The notes: generated by a model not told the origin, from the letters alone. Numbered from the stretch's first letter, positions 1 through 8,627 are shown. The stretch: 46,391 nucleotides of DNA from Candidatus Hermodarchaeota archaeon (GCA_048885925.1 JBHLLG010000020.1:1-46391); one strand, 5' to 3'. Program-made: numbers and translations.

Positions 1-195
1 GTCATTGATAAAAATTATTTACTCATTGATGGATTAAACGTCCGTAGAAGAAGAGTGAATTATAAGCATGTTGAACCGATTTCAGAGCAAATTGATATTA
101 AAAAAGGTGCTTCACATGAGGAAGTTGAGGCAGCAATTAAAAAGGCTAAACTTGAAAAGAAAATGAAAGAGATTGTCTCTTTCCCAATCAAGTAA
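1..195 (+). CDS. rpl14e: 50S ribosomal protein L14e (eL14), 5'-partial
   Basis: Not in the ORF track. Frame 1 reads [64 protein letters not shown], matching the archaeal L14e pattern (IDKN..LI.G...RRRVN.KH.EP....I.KGAS.EEV). Confidence 0.9.
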   Translation, partial: VIDKNYLLIDGLNVRRRRVNYKHVEPISEQIDIKKGASHEEVEAAIKKAKLEKKMKEIVSFPIK

Positions 196-246
196 TTTAA
201 ATAAATAATATATCAAATAATATTTTAATTAACATTTTTTTTAAAT

Positions 247-347
247 GCAACGGTTGCCTAGCCTGGTACGGCGCTGGCTTGGAGTGTTGGTCTTCCCAGA
301 AAGCCAGTGTGTGAATGCACTCGGGGGTTCAAATCCCTCCCGTTGCG
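247..347 (+). tRNA. tRNA-Ser(GGA) with a 17-nt intron at position 37/38
   Basis: Acceptor stem GCAACGG/CCGTTGC with discriminator G; D-arm GCC/GGC; anticodon stem CTGGC/GCCAG with GGA at 281-283; long variable arm GTGT-GAAT-GCAC; T-arm GGGGG-TTCAAAT-CCCTC. CCA is not encoded. Confidence 0.95.
285..301 (+). other. tRNA intron (BHB type, 17 nt)
   Basis: Sequence TGTTGGTCTTCCCAGAA. Central helix TTGG/CCAG with bulges AG|T and AA|A. Removal gives the 7-nt anticodon loop TTGGAGA. Confidence 0.9.
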
Positions 348-366
348 TACTTATAGTTATATATAT

Positions 367-972
367 TTATACCTCAGGAAATTCTAATGCCTTAGCTTTT
401 TGTCCAGCAAACATGCCTCCCATACCTCCAGAAGCTTGTGACTGCAATTTCAACAATCTTTGTACAATCGTATTTATTCCAAATGAACAGAGAAAATACC
501 ATGCTGTAAAGTTTATCCACATAGTATTACCAGCACTTATAAAATTCCCAATTAAGGGTACATCATTAGCATGCATAGGTGATAATGCGACAGGGTTATT
601 CTCAAAAATCATTCTGACTAAAAAAAATATTACTAACATTGGAACAAAAGTTATGCAAGTTGGTTTCATCCTCTGAAGTGCCATTCTCTGTTGGGTTTGC
701 TTAAACATTGCATCTTTACGCTCCCATTTCTTTTTAGCTTTCCTGTAACGTTCTGTGTCAACTTCGGCTAAAGCAATTACTTTTTCTTTCTCTTCTTCAT
801 GGCCTTTTATTTGCTTTTGCTTCCGAGCTATTGCATCGGTATCAACTAACCATTTTGTTAAAACAGCACTAATTAATGCTGTTGCTACAGCTAATAACAA
901 AACAAATATCATCGATCCAGGAGGAGAATCAATCAGATCTATAAATGCATTTTTAAAGATTAGAAACAACAT
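367..972 (-). CDS. DUF106 / EMC3-TMCO1 (Oxa1 superfamily) membrane insertase-like protein
   Basis: TM1, then a coiled coil, then MKP..ITFVP, and a W..WYFLCSF motif. Lies downstream of secY as in most archaea. Confidence 0.85.
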   Translation of the reverse strand: MLFLIFKNAFIDLIDSPPGSMIFVLLLAVATALISAVLTKWLVDTDAIARKQKQIKGHEEEKEKVIALAEVDTERYRKAKKKWERKDAMFKQTQQRMALQRMKPTCITFVPMLVIFFLVRMIFENNPVALSPMHANDVPLIGNFISAGNTMWINFTAWYFLCSFGINTIVQRLLKLQSQASGGMGGMFAGQKAKALEFPEV

Positions 973-1109
973 CCTTATATTGTATTTATATTGAAATTAT
1001 TTTAAACTTTTCAGATTATCTCCAAAATATCAAATTCTTTAGAAATTTTAGTATTTTTTTATTAGCTAATAATTTTATAATTTACAATTTTAGGTATATC
1101 TTAAAAGAT

Positions 1110-2597
1110 TTAGTCCATTCCTAACAATGAACGCATACCAGGATATTGATATGCAGCGAGTTCTTTAGCAATTGTTTCACCGTACTGATGCACTATACCT
1201 ATCGCGATCAATAATCCAGTCCCAGAAGTTAAAGCTCTTAAACTATCTGCTGTGAAACTCAAACATGCTATAATGATCCCATTTAAAATTACCAAAGTAG
1301 GTATATAACGCTTAAGTATTCGCTCAATAATCTTAGCTGAACTTCTAAATCCTGGTACTTGCATTTGTGAATCTATTATCTGACCAGCAATATCTCTCGG
1401 CGCTAAACCTGAGACCTCTACCCAAACACGGCCGAGCATTACACACAAAAATATAAATATTACGAGATAAATAACAGCTCTTAGAGGACTTTCTGCTAAT
1501 TGATCAATTCCTAATGGTGGAGTTAATAAATAGATGAGTCCACCTGTTGGAACAAGCTGGCCACCCATTCCTTCAACACCCGATTCTTGGAATCTAAATT
1601 TTCCTATTAAATTAACCCAAAAATCTGGAATGGCTCCCCCATTACTTGCTCGTATTGCAGCTTCTGGGCCAGCTAATAATTGCCCAAAAAATAAAAAATT
1701 TGCATATAAAGCATTCACTAAAATAACCGGAATATTCGATACATAAAGAAGTTTCATGGGGTACTTCCCCTTAAAACCTCGATAGCCTCGATATGCAAGT
1801 GGGATTTCAACTCGAGTAGATTCAAACCAAATTACAAGAAATAATATAACAACTGTCGTGATAATCCCTAACAATGAAGGATAATTACCTCGTACTAAAA
1901 TGGTTCCAAGATGTGTAGAAGGGTCATCATCAAACAATACTTCAAAAAAAGCAAGGACAATACCTGTATATAATCCATCTTGTGCGGGTACAAAACTAAA
2001 TGAATTCCAAAAAATCTGACCTGCTACACCTGCAGCAATAAATAATGAAACTCCACTCCCAAGACCCCATCCTTTTTGAAGTAATTCATCCAACAATATT
2101 ATAATTATTCCAGCAAAAAGTAATTGGAAAAAAATAAAAAAGGCTCCTGGTAATCCGATACCATCTTCACCTGTTACTTTGCCAAAAGCTCCTCCAGCAA
2201 TATAAGCTATCGCATTGAAGATTGTTAGGAATACTGCAAGTACTTTTTGGGCACCACTAAACATTGCTCTATCATATGGATCAGCCATATTGACATTAAT
2301 GAGCCTTGAACCTAGGAGTAATTGCATAATAAGACCTGACGTTACAATGGGACCTATCCCTAATTCTGTTAATGTTCCCCTTTGACTTGCAAGAATGACT
2401 CTTAACCAATAGAAGTAATCAGTGGTTTCTGCTAGATTAACTCCATAAAGAGGAATATTACTAATGATTAAATAGATTATTAATACAATCGCGGTCCAAA
2501 CAAACTTCTCTTTGAAAGAAACCTCCCGTTGGGGTTGCTTAATTTCTGGCATTGCACGGACGAATGGAGAGAAAAATCTAATAAACTTTCCAGCCAT
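1110..2597 (-). CDS. secY: Preprotein translocase subunit SecY (Sec61alpha)
   Basis: Motifs GTLTELGIGPIVTSGLIMQLL, LLDELLQKGWGLGSGVSLFIAA, YPMKLLYVSNIPVIL and SGTGLLIA; about 10 TM segments. Confidence 0.97.
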   Translation of the reverse strand: MAGKFIRFFSPFVRAMPEIKQPQREVSFKEKFVWTAIVLIIYLIISNIPLYGVNLAETTDYFYWLRVILASQRGTLTELGIGPIVTSGLIMQLLLGSRLINVNMADPYDRAMFSGAQKVLAVFLTIFNAIAYIAGGAFGKVTGEDGIGLPGAFFIFFQLLFAGIIIILLDELLQKGWGLGSGVSLFIAAGVAGQIFWNSFSFVPAQDGLYTGIVLAFFEVLFDDDPSTHLGTILVRGNYPSLLGIITTVVILFLVIWFESTRVEIPLAYRGYRGFKGKYPMKLLYVSNIPVILVNALYANFLFFGQLLAGPEAAIRASNGGAIPDFWVNLIGKFRFQESGVEGMGGQLVPTGGLIYLLTPPLGIDQLAESPLRAVIYLVIFIFLCVMLGRVWVEVSGLAPRDIAGQIIDSQMQVPGFRSSAKIIERILKRYIPTLVILNGIIIACLSFTADSLRALTSGTGLLIAIGIVHQYGETIAKELAAYQYPGMRSLLGMD

Positions 2598-2847
2598 GGG
2601 TGATCAGGATACACTTTTTTTTATTGAAATTAATTTGTTGCTTTTGAGTATTTATTTTAAAGTTTGTATAATTGAAATGTAATTTAAGAAAAATTGAATT
2701 TTAAAAAAAGTTTGCGATTCAAAATCAATATTATTTAAATAATTTTAAGTTAAAATAATAAAATATTGAATATTTAATATTAAAATTTCATCTTCATATT
2801 TTTGCTTTTGTACATTTACTTTTAAATTATTCCTACTTTACTATTAA

Positions 2848-3144
2848 TTAGAAAAGGGAACCAATACCTGTTGGTTCTTCTTCTTCAGGTTCTTCTTTCT
2901 TCTTCTTTTTCTTGTCTTCTTTTTTATCCTCAGCAGGACTTGCAACTGGAGTCATTGATACAGGTACTGCACTAGCGGATTTAATTAATTCGTCAATATC
3001 TGTTCCCTTTAATCCAGCAATAAGTTTTGTGATTTCATTTTTATCAATTTTTGCACCTGCGGCGGTTAATACCTTTTCTACACTTGCTTCAGTAATTTTT
3101 TTATCAGCTTTATGTAATAGTAAGGCAGCGTATATATTTTCCAT
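2848..3144 (-). CDS. rpl12: 50S ribosomal stalk protein P1 (L12p/aP1)
   Basis: MENIYAALLLH N-terminus, Ala/Pro hinge, acidic tail ending GIGSLF. Confidence 0.95.
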   Translation of the reverse strand: MENIYAALLLHKADKKITEASVEKVLTAAGAKIDKNEITKLIAGLKGTDIDELIKSASAVPVSMTPVASPAEDKKEDKKKKKKEEPEEEEPTGIGSLF

Positions 3145-3221
3145 CTTATCTAACCTCTATTTTATTTTTTTTTACATTATTTTTATTATATTTAATTTAA
3201 ATTCAAAAAAACTCTCTTAAT

Positions 3222-4115
3222 TTATCCAAATAATCCTCCGATACCAACTTCCTCAGTATCTTCCTCTTTATCTTTTGATTTTTTCTTATCAATTTTAGGT
3301 TCTTCTTTAATAGGAACGTGGATTTTTTCACCATAAATAAATGCATTTAGTATATTAGCTTGAGAAGCAGCTTTTCGAATGTATTCCTCTTTCATATCTT
3401 CAATTAAGAAGGGCATTTCAAAAAGAACTGCTAAAGCTCCTCCATAAGCCTTGGCAAAATCTTGTTTGAACTTATTCATATCCATATATAAGACATCCTC
3501 TGCAATAATTTCACCATTGCTCCAAGCAAAATTAATTTTGATTAATGATTCAATAGGTGTAATTCCTAGTTTTTTCAGAACCGCAGCTTGTTTAACTGTC
3601 ACTAATTCACCAGCTTTATGTGTTCTTGTATCTTCACGGATATGTATTGTATCATTCATTATTCTTGTTGGTAATCGTAAAGTCATGTTTAATTCGCTTA
3701 TAACTTGACCTGTGGGAAGTCCTGTATCTCCTGCTGGAACCCATATATCTACTGAGGTAATCTCATCTGGTTTTGCAGGAACCATCCACTCATTTTCGAG
3801 AAAAATATTTTTTAACTCAAATAAATCTAGATTGGTAAATACTAAACTGGATTGACCTGTTATATGATGTGCAAATTCATCTAGATTTTCCTTCTCCGAT
3901 TCTTTTTTAAATATATCTAGCGCAAGTAGTTGAAGTGATTTTTTTGACATTCTAAATACTGCTTTTCCCCTCAAAATTTTTCTCATACTCTGAAATTGTC
4001 TATCATTTATATTGCCAACTTCGATAACAGCAACATTTTTATTATTTCTAAATAAATCAACTAAAAGATTAACTTCCTCTTCTTTCCATTTAGGGATATG
4101 TTTGCTCTTAATCAA
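3222..4115 (-). CDS. rpl10: 50S ribosomal protein L10 (uL10/P0)
   Basis: Motifs IPKWKEEEV and VPAGDTGLPTG, with a C-terminal GIGGLFG. Start placed at TTG 4115 behind a GAGGTG SD at the end of rpl1; the ORF track start is 4130. Confidence 0.93.
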   Translation of the reverse strand: MIKSKHIPKWKEEEVNLLVDLFRNNKNVAVIEVGNINDRQFQSMRKILRGKAVFRMSKKSLQLLALDIFKKESEKENLDEFAHHITGQSSLVFTNLDLFELKNIFLENEWMVPAKPDEITSVDIWVPAGDTGLPTGQVISELNMTLRLPTRIMNDTIHIREDTRTHKAGELVTVKQAAVLKKLGITPIESLIKINFAWSNGEIIAEDVLYMDMNKFKQDFAKAYGGALAVLFEMPFLIEDMKEEYIRKAASQANILNAFIYGEKIHVPIKEEPKIDKKKSKDKEEDTEEVGIGGLFG

Positions 4116-4119
4116 ATTT

Positions 4120-4848
4120 TTACACCTCAATACCTTTTAGGAATTCTTCTGTTACTTTTACGGGTTTTCCCATTGTAGATTTAAGATACATGGATTTAAA
4201 ATTATTGAATTTATGTGGCATTTTATCGGCAATAAAGTTCACGACGGTCTTCATATTTTCATATAACTTTTCTTTACCCATAGATTTTTTCCCTATCTTA
4301 GCAAAAATTATTGGTTGTTTTTTCATTTGGATTCGAATGACTCTTTTATACCGATCATTTGCTACTTTTAAATCCTCAGGACTAGAAATAATACCGTATC
4401 CTGTAGGGAAAGGTTTTGGCATTTTACCGACAGGACCAAGAAATCTTGCTAAGTATCGAGCAACATCCCTCATCATTTTATCTTCTACTACAAAATATTC
4501 ATATTTTTTAGCAAATTTTTTCTTATATTTTTTCTCTTCATTATTTAATTTAACTAAACCTTCAGAGTCTAGAGTATCAACACCAAGTTTTTTTGCTTCA
4601 AGTAAGATCTCATCTGATGCTATAACACATATATTAGGTGTATTATCGGTGATTATTTCATAGGGTAAGATAATTTCCTGTTCTATTCGGTTTGTTGGAT
4701 CACTTAGATTAATATCCTTGATATTTAATATAAGGTCAATTGATTCATCAAATTTTCTGACCTTATCTTTAAATCCTTCTTTTTTAATCACAGAAAAATT
4801 AATAGCAGTAGCTAAGGATTTCTTTAATAATTTATCATCGACTTTCAC
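4120..4848 (-). CDS. rpl1: 50S ribosomal protein L1 (uL1)
   Basis: Motifs RKFDESIDL, LGPVGKMPKP and YLKSTMGKPV; located in the L11-L1-L10-L12 cluster. Confidence 0.96.
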   Translation of the reverse strand: MKVDDKLLKKSLATAINFSVIKKEGFKDKVRKFDESIDLILNIKDINLSDPTNRIEQEIILPYEIITDNTPNICVIASDEILLEAKKLGVDTLDSEGLVKLNNEEKKYKKKFAKKYEYFVVEDKMMRDVARYLARFLGPVGKMPKPFPTGYGIISSPEDLKVANDRYKRVIRIQMKKQPIIFAKIGKKSMGKEKLYENMKTVVNFIADKMPHKFNNFKSMYLKSTMGKPVKVTEEFLKGIEV

Positions 4849-4854
4849 TTTTTC

Positions 4855-5377
4855 TTAATCACCTCTTACTTTATCAGCATACTCTCCTTCATCTATTCGT
4901 TTCTGAATTATTCTCGGATCTTCTCCTTCTACTGTTAATCCTACCGACAATGCTGTTCCTAAAACAGTTTTAATTGCTGATTTATATGTTTTATCTAAGA
5001 ACTTCTCTCTTTTGGCATCAACTACATTTTTAATTTGTTCAAGTGTTAAATCTCCTATTTTTTGCTCTGAACATGAAGAACTACCTTTCTCTACACCTGC
5101 TTCTGCGAGTAATAGTGAAGCAGTTGCAGGAGTTTCAATAAAAATTTCAAATTCTTTTGTTTCTGGATCGCATTCAATTCTAACTGGAACTGTCAAACCC
5201 CTGAAGATTTGAGTTTGTTTGTTAACCTCGTCGACCACATCCTTAATGTCTACATGGAAAATCGAATTGATTTTCGTTTATGCCAGTTGGTCCAACTGCA
5301 GGTCCGATGGGCGGTCCTCCTGATGCACTTCCTCCGGTTACGAGAGCTTTTACAATAATTTTCCCTTTTTTACTCAC
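4855..5377 (-). CDS. rpl11: 50S ribosomal protein L11 (uL11), two exons: 5377-5278 joined to 5249-4855, 164 aa
   Basis: GTG start at 5377 with a GGTGA SD upstream. Exon 1 encodes MSKKGKIIVKALVTGGSASGGPPIGPAVGPTGI, the conserved L11 N-terminus. Removing 28 nt gives ...GPTGINIKDVVDEVNKQT... in frame with the 127-aa ORF. Confidence 0.92.
5250..5277 (-). other. Putative BHB pre-mRNA intron in rpl11 (28 nt)
   Basis: mRNA strand: UG-GCAU-AA|A-C-GAAAAUC-AAUUC-GAUUUUC-C-AUGU-AG|A-CA. It has a 4-bp central helix and two 3-nt bulges. Cuts after the 2nd bulge nucleotide restore the frame. Confidence 0.85.
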
Positions 5378-5404
5378 ATACTTTCACCGTAATATTCTTT
5401 TTTT

Positions 5405-5528
5405 AGTTCAAAAAGATTATTCAAAAGGTTCAGAACGCGAGATTGCATTTTTAAACTTATTTCAATATCATCTCTATATTGAAACCGCTTTAATTTGCGT
5501 CCTAAGTCCTTTAGAAATTTTTTGAACT
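5405..5528 (-). promoter_or_regulatory. Long stem-loop in the putative 5' leader of the rpl11 operon
   Basis: Nested inverted repeats on the mRNA strand: AGUUCAAAAA/UUUUUGAACU, AAAGG/CCUUU, AGGACGC/GCGUUCU and UUUCAAUAU/AUAUUGAAA. A TATA-like TTTTTTAACT lies at 5561-5552 upstream. Confidence 0.6.
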
Positions 5529-5576
5529 TAGTAATTTACTGAATTAATGAAAGTTAAAAAATTTTTTTAAATTAGA

Positions 5577-5762
5577 TTAAAATCTGCAACACAATCTTCT
5601 TCCAAAATTTAAATCATGTTTTAAATATTCCTCACACAAAACATTTAAGATTGTTTCGTAATCTAAATTAACTTCTTTAACAATTTCCTCGATCTGAATT
5701 CCAGGAGTAGCTATTAAATCAAAGATTTGTTTCTTAGTTTCGTTACTAATTTCTGAGGTCAT
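5577..5762 (-). CDS. Small hypothetical protein (possible HTH-like), C-terminal RRLCCRF
   Basis: 61-aa ORF with ATG start and a plausible amphipathic helical pattern, filling the intergenic space. Confidence 0.6.
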   Translation of the reverse strand: MTSEISNETKKQIFDLIATPGIQIEEIVKEVNLDYETILNVLCEEYLKHDLNFGRRLCCRF

Positions 5763-5824
5763 TATGGTAAATTATAACTATTTCCTAATAAATTTTAACT
5801 ATAAATAAGTTTAATAATTGAACC

Positions 5825-6508
5825 TTAGTTCTCTCCTTCTAAGATCACTTTATGCGTAATTTTACCAATCTTTTCTATGCTAGCTTCAATAGTATCTCCT
5901 GGTTGAATTGGCCCTACTCCGCTTGGTGTTCCAGTAGCAACAATATCTCCAGGTAATAACGTGATAAATTTAGAAAGATATGCTAAAATATCTGGAATTT
6001 TAAAAATCATATGTTTTGTATTTGACAGTTGACGAATTTCGCTGTTAAGCTTTAACTGAATGTTTAAATTATGAGGATCTTCTATTTCACTTAAAGGTAC
6101 TATGCGTGGTCCAATAGGACCAAAACTGTCGAAATTTTTACTTCTATACCAGGGTAAATTGATATTTCTATCATTGATCTGCATTTTCCTAGCAGTTATG
6201 TCAAGGAAAATAGAATAACCTTCTATATATTCATAGCTTTGTTCTATGCTAACATTTTTACAAACCCGAGAAACTATAAAAGCTAATTCTACTTCATGAT
6301 CTACATGATTATATTCTGGATTATTGTATAGAATTTTTGGATATATTATTGGATTCCCATTAGTTACCAAAGTATTTGTTGTTTTTGCAAAAAATACTGG
6401 ATTTTCAGGTATCTGTGCTTTCATTTCCTTTGCATGATCTATATAATTTCTCCCTAAACAAATTATTTTAGTTGGTTCTATTAATCTATTTCCTATTTTA
6501 AAAATCAT
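5825..6508 (-). CDS. Fumarylacetoacetate hydrolase family protein
   Basis: Motifs KIICLGRNYIDH, DHEVELA, DITARK.Q, RSKNFDSFGPIGP and PGDIVATGTPSGVG. Confidence 0.93.
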   Translation of the reverse strand: MIFKIGNRLIEPTKIICLGRNYIDHAKEMKAQIPENPVFFAKTTNTLVTNGNPIIYPKILYNNPEYNHVDHEVELAFIVSRVCKNVSIEQSYEYIEGYSIFLDITARKMQINDRNINLPWYRSKNFDSFGPIGPRIVPLSEIEDPHNLNIQLKLNSEIRQLSNTKHMIFKIPDILAYLSKFITLLPGDIVATGTPSGVGPIQPGDTIEASIEKIGKITHKVILEGEN

Positions 6509-6511
6509 AAA

Positions 6512-7186
6512 TTATTCACCTTCTAAAACAACCTTATTTGTGAGGGTTCCTATTTTTTCAATTGTGGCTTCAATAATATCACCTGGTACTATTGGACCTA
6601 TTCCACTAGGTGTGCCTGATGCAACTATATCTCCAGGTTCAAGAGTAAAAAAAGTTGAAATATACTCTATCAATTTGGGGATTTTAAATAATAAATGTTT
6701 AGTATTAGATGATTGTTTAATTTCTCCATTCAGCTTTAAATTAATATTTAAATTATGCGGATCTTTAATCTCATCTGTATTAACTAGTCTTGGTCCTATC
6801 GGTCCGAAAGTATCAAAGGATTTAGAACGAAACCATGGTAATTTAGATACGATGTCTTTTGCTTGCATTTTTCTCGCTGTAACATCATTAAACACAGTAT
6901 ATCCAAGAATATGATTGTATGCTTCTTCTTTTTGAATGTATTTACACTTATCTTTTATGATAAATGCCAATTCAACTTCATAATCAACTCTATTATATTT
7001 TCGATTGCTATAAAGAAATTTTGGATATATAATAGGTTCATAATTTGAAATTAAACAATTCAATGTTTTTGGGAATATAACAGGTTCTTTTGGAACAGGT
7101 AATTTAGTTTCCTCAATATGATCCATATAATTCGTTCCTACACATATTATTTTAGTAGGAGTGATTTTATGAGTTCCGAGTTTCAT
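6512..7186 (-). CDS. Fumarylacetoacetate hydrolase family protein (tandem paralog)
   Basis: Motifs KIICVGTNYMDH, DYEVELA, NDVTARK, SKSFDTFGPIGP and PGDIVASGTPSGIG. Confidence 0.93.
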   Translation of the reverse strand: MKLGTHKITPTKIICVGTNYMDHIEETKLPVPKEPVIFPKTLNCLISNYEPIIYPKFLYSNRKYNRVDYEVELAFIIKDKCKYIQKEEAYNHILGYTVFNDVTARKMQAKDIVSKLPWFRSKSFDTFGPIGPRLVNTDEIKDPHNLNINLKLNGEIKQSSNTKHLLFKIPKLIEYISTFFTLEPGDIVASGTPSGIGPIVPGDIIEATIEKIGTLTNKVVLEGE

Positions 7187-7315
7187 ATTGTCTATAGAAT
7201 CTTTTTATGATAAAAACAAAAATTAAATTAATTTTATGAATGATTAAAGTTTAAAGAAATTTATTCCAAGAATTACGAATTAGTTAAAAAAAATCTTTAA
7301 AATTATAATGATAAA

Positions 7316-7906
7316 ATGAATGAAGTTAATACCAATGAATTAAAAGAAAATAAACAAGAAAAACGTATATTTCAACACATTATAAGTAAAAAGGTAGCAG
7401 CAACAGGAATTTTTGTTGCTGTGGGATTAGTTTTAAGTTATTTAAATCCATTTGGTTATTTTGAAATATTTGGTACTAAAATAAACCCATTTGCTCATTT
7501 TATAAATGCTATTACCGGAGTATTAATTGGTATTGCTTTTTCATGTATAACAGCACTAGGCATTGCTATTCTTCGATTTTCATTAACAATTGGCACTATT
7601 CATGCATTTCATGGAGGAATAAGTGGAGCATTTATTGTGGGAATCGTATCATACTTTTTTCGCAAAAAATTTCCTAAATATGTTGAACTAGCTGCTTTAT
7701 TAGAGCCATTGGGAACAATTTTTATAGGCGGGACTATTGGTCACCTAATTGCCCCTATTGGAGGCATTTTTGTAATTGAGAGTTTATTTACATATTGGAT
7801 TCTATTTGCTTTAAGCTGTATTCCGGGATCTATAATGGGATTTATAATTCTAATGGTCTTGAAACAAGCAAGAATAACTTGGGAAGAATTTTTTGAACCT
7901 CAATGA
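7316..7906 (+). CDS. thiW: ECF transporter S component, ThiW-like
   Basis: About 6 TM segments; motifs P.AHFINAITGVLIG, LRFSLTIGTIHAFHGG and EP.GT..IGG resemble ThiW. Confidence 0.7.
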   Translation: MNEVNTNELKENKQEKRIFQHIISKKVAATGIFVAVGLVLSYLNPFGYFEIFGTKINPFAHFINAITGVLIGIAFSCITALGIAILRFSLTIGTIHAFHGGISGAFIVGIVSYFFRKKFPKYVELAALLEPLGTIFIGGTIGHLIAPIGGIFVIESLFTYWILFALSCIPGSIMGFIILMVLKQARITWEEFFEPQ

Positions 7907-8511
7907 TTAATATAACAAATCTTATGAAAATTGATTTATCTTTCAATTATAAAGAATTCATTGGACATCATACACTTCTTTTTGGAGAAACTAATACTAA
8001 AAAGACTTATTACACAGCAAAATTTGTTCAATTCCTAATAGAATCAGAACATATTAATCCTAAAGAAATAAGCATTTTAGATTTTGCGCCGCCTCAAAAT
8101 GTAATTAGGGGTATTAAAATCGGAGGTAAAATAAAGGATTTCTATAATCGCAGTATTATTTGCAATAATATCTATTATAAAGGAAAGATTATCCCACCAC
8201 GACTTAAAGCAATAAATAAAAAAGACTTATATCGATTTGCTTGTAAAAATTTCAAGAAAACATTTAAAATGTTAAATAGGTTTAGCGAGAATCCAACTCC
8301 AATATTAATTGTAAATGATATATCAATCTATCTTCATGTAGGGAATAAAAAACTTTTATGTAACTCAATAAGTAAATCTAATACTTTTTTTGGCAATTGC
8401 TATTATGGAAAATCTATTCAAAGTGATTTTACTACTCTTTTTAGTTTAAGAGAAAAACGATTAACCGAATACTTAATTAAAAAAGTAGATTTTTCCTATA
8501 ATACGGGATAA
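7903..8511 (+). CDS. Hypothetical protein with degenerate P-loop NTPase fold
   Basis: Walker A-like HTLLFGETNTKKT, ILDFAP, and Walker B-like ILIVNDISIY. Overlaps the thiW stop (ATGA). Confidence 0.6.
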   Translation: MINITNLMKIDLSFNYKEFIGHHTLLFGETNTKKTYYTAKFVQFLIESEHINPKEISILDFAPPQNVIRGIKIGGKIKDFYNRSIICNNIYYKGKIIPPRLKAINKKDLYRFACKNFKKTFKMLNRFSENPTPILIVNDISIYLHVGNKKLLCNSISKSNTFFGNCYYGKSIQSDFTTLFSLREKRLTEYLIKKVDFSYNTG

Positions 8512-8627
8512 ATTTTTCTTATATAAAATTTCGAAATTTAATTTTAAAAATTACAAATAAATTTCTCCCTCTTAAAATTTAGATATAATCATTTAAGCAA
8601 TAGTTATTATAATTATATCAAGAAATT

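Noticed and set aside
245-676. 143-aa plus-strand ORF
   Set aside because: It runs through the tRNA-Ser gene and antisense to DUF106, with no protein features.
1580-1612. AGGAAAA...TTCC intron-like hairpin in secY
   Set aside because: The central helix is mismatched, and the 23-nt excision would frameshift an intact secY.
2925-2950. CAGT...GCTGAG BHB-like match in rpl12
   Set aside because: There is no proper internal stem or A(A/G)UUC loop, and excising 14 nt would break an intact gene.
4855-5238. 127-aa uL11 starting at internal GTG, or an rpl11 pseudogene or programmed frameshift
   Set aside because: It lacks the conserved N-terminus, which is present upstream with its own SD. A simple frameshift would leave about 9 foreign residues, whereas BHB excision restores the sequence exactly.
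7187-7315. TPP riboswitch upstream of thiW
   Set aside because: The region is very AT-rich and lacks the conserved TPP aptamer motifs.
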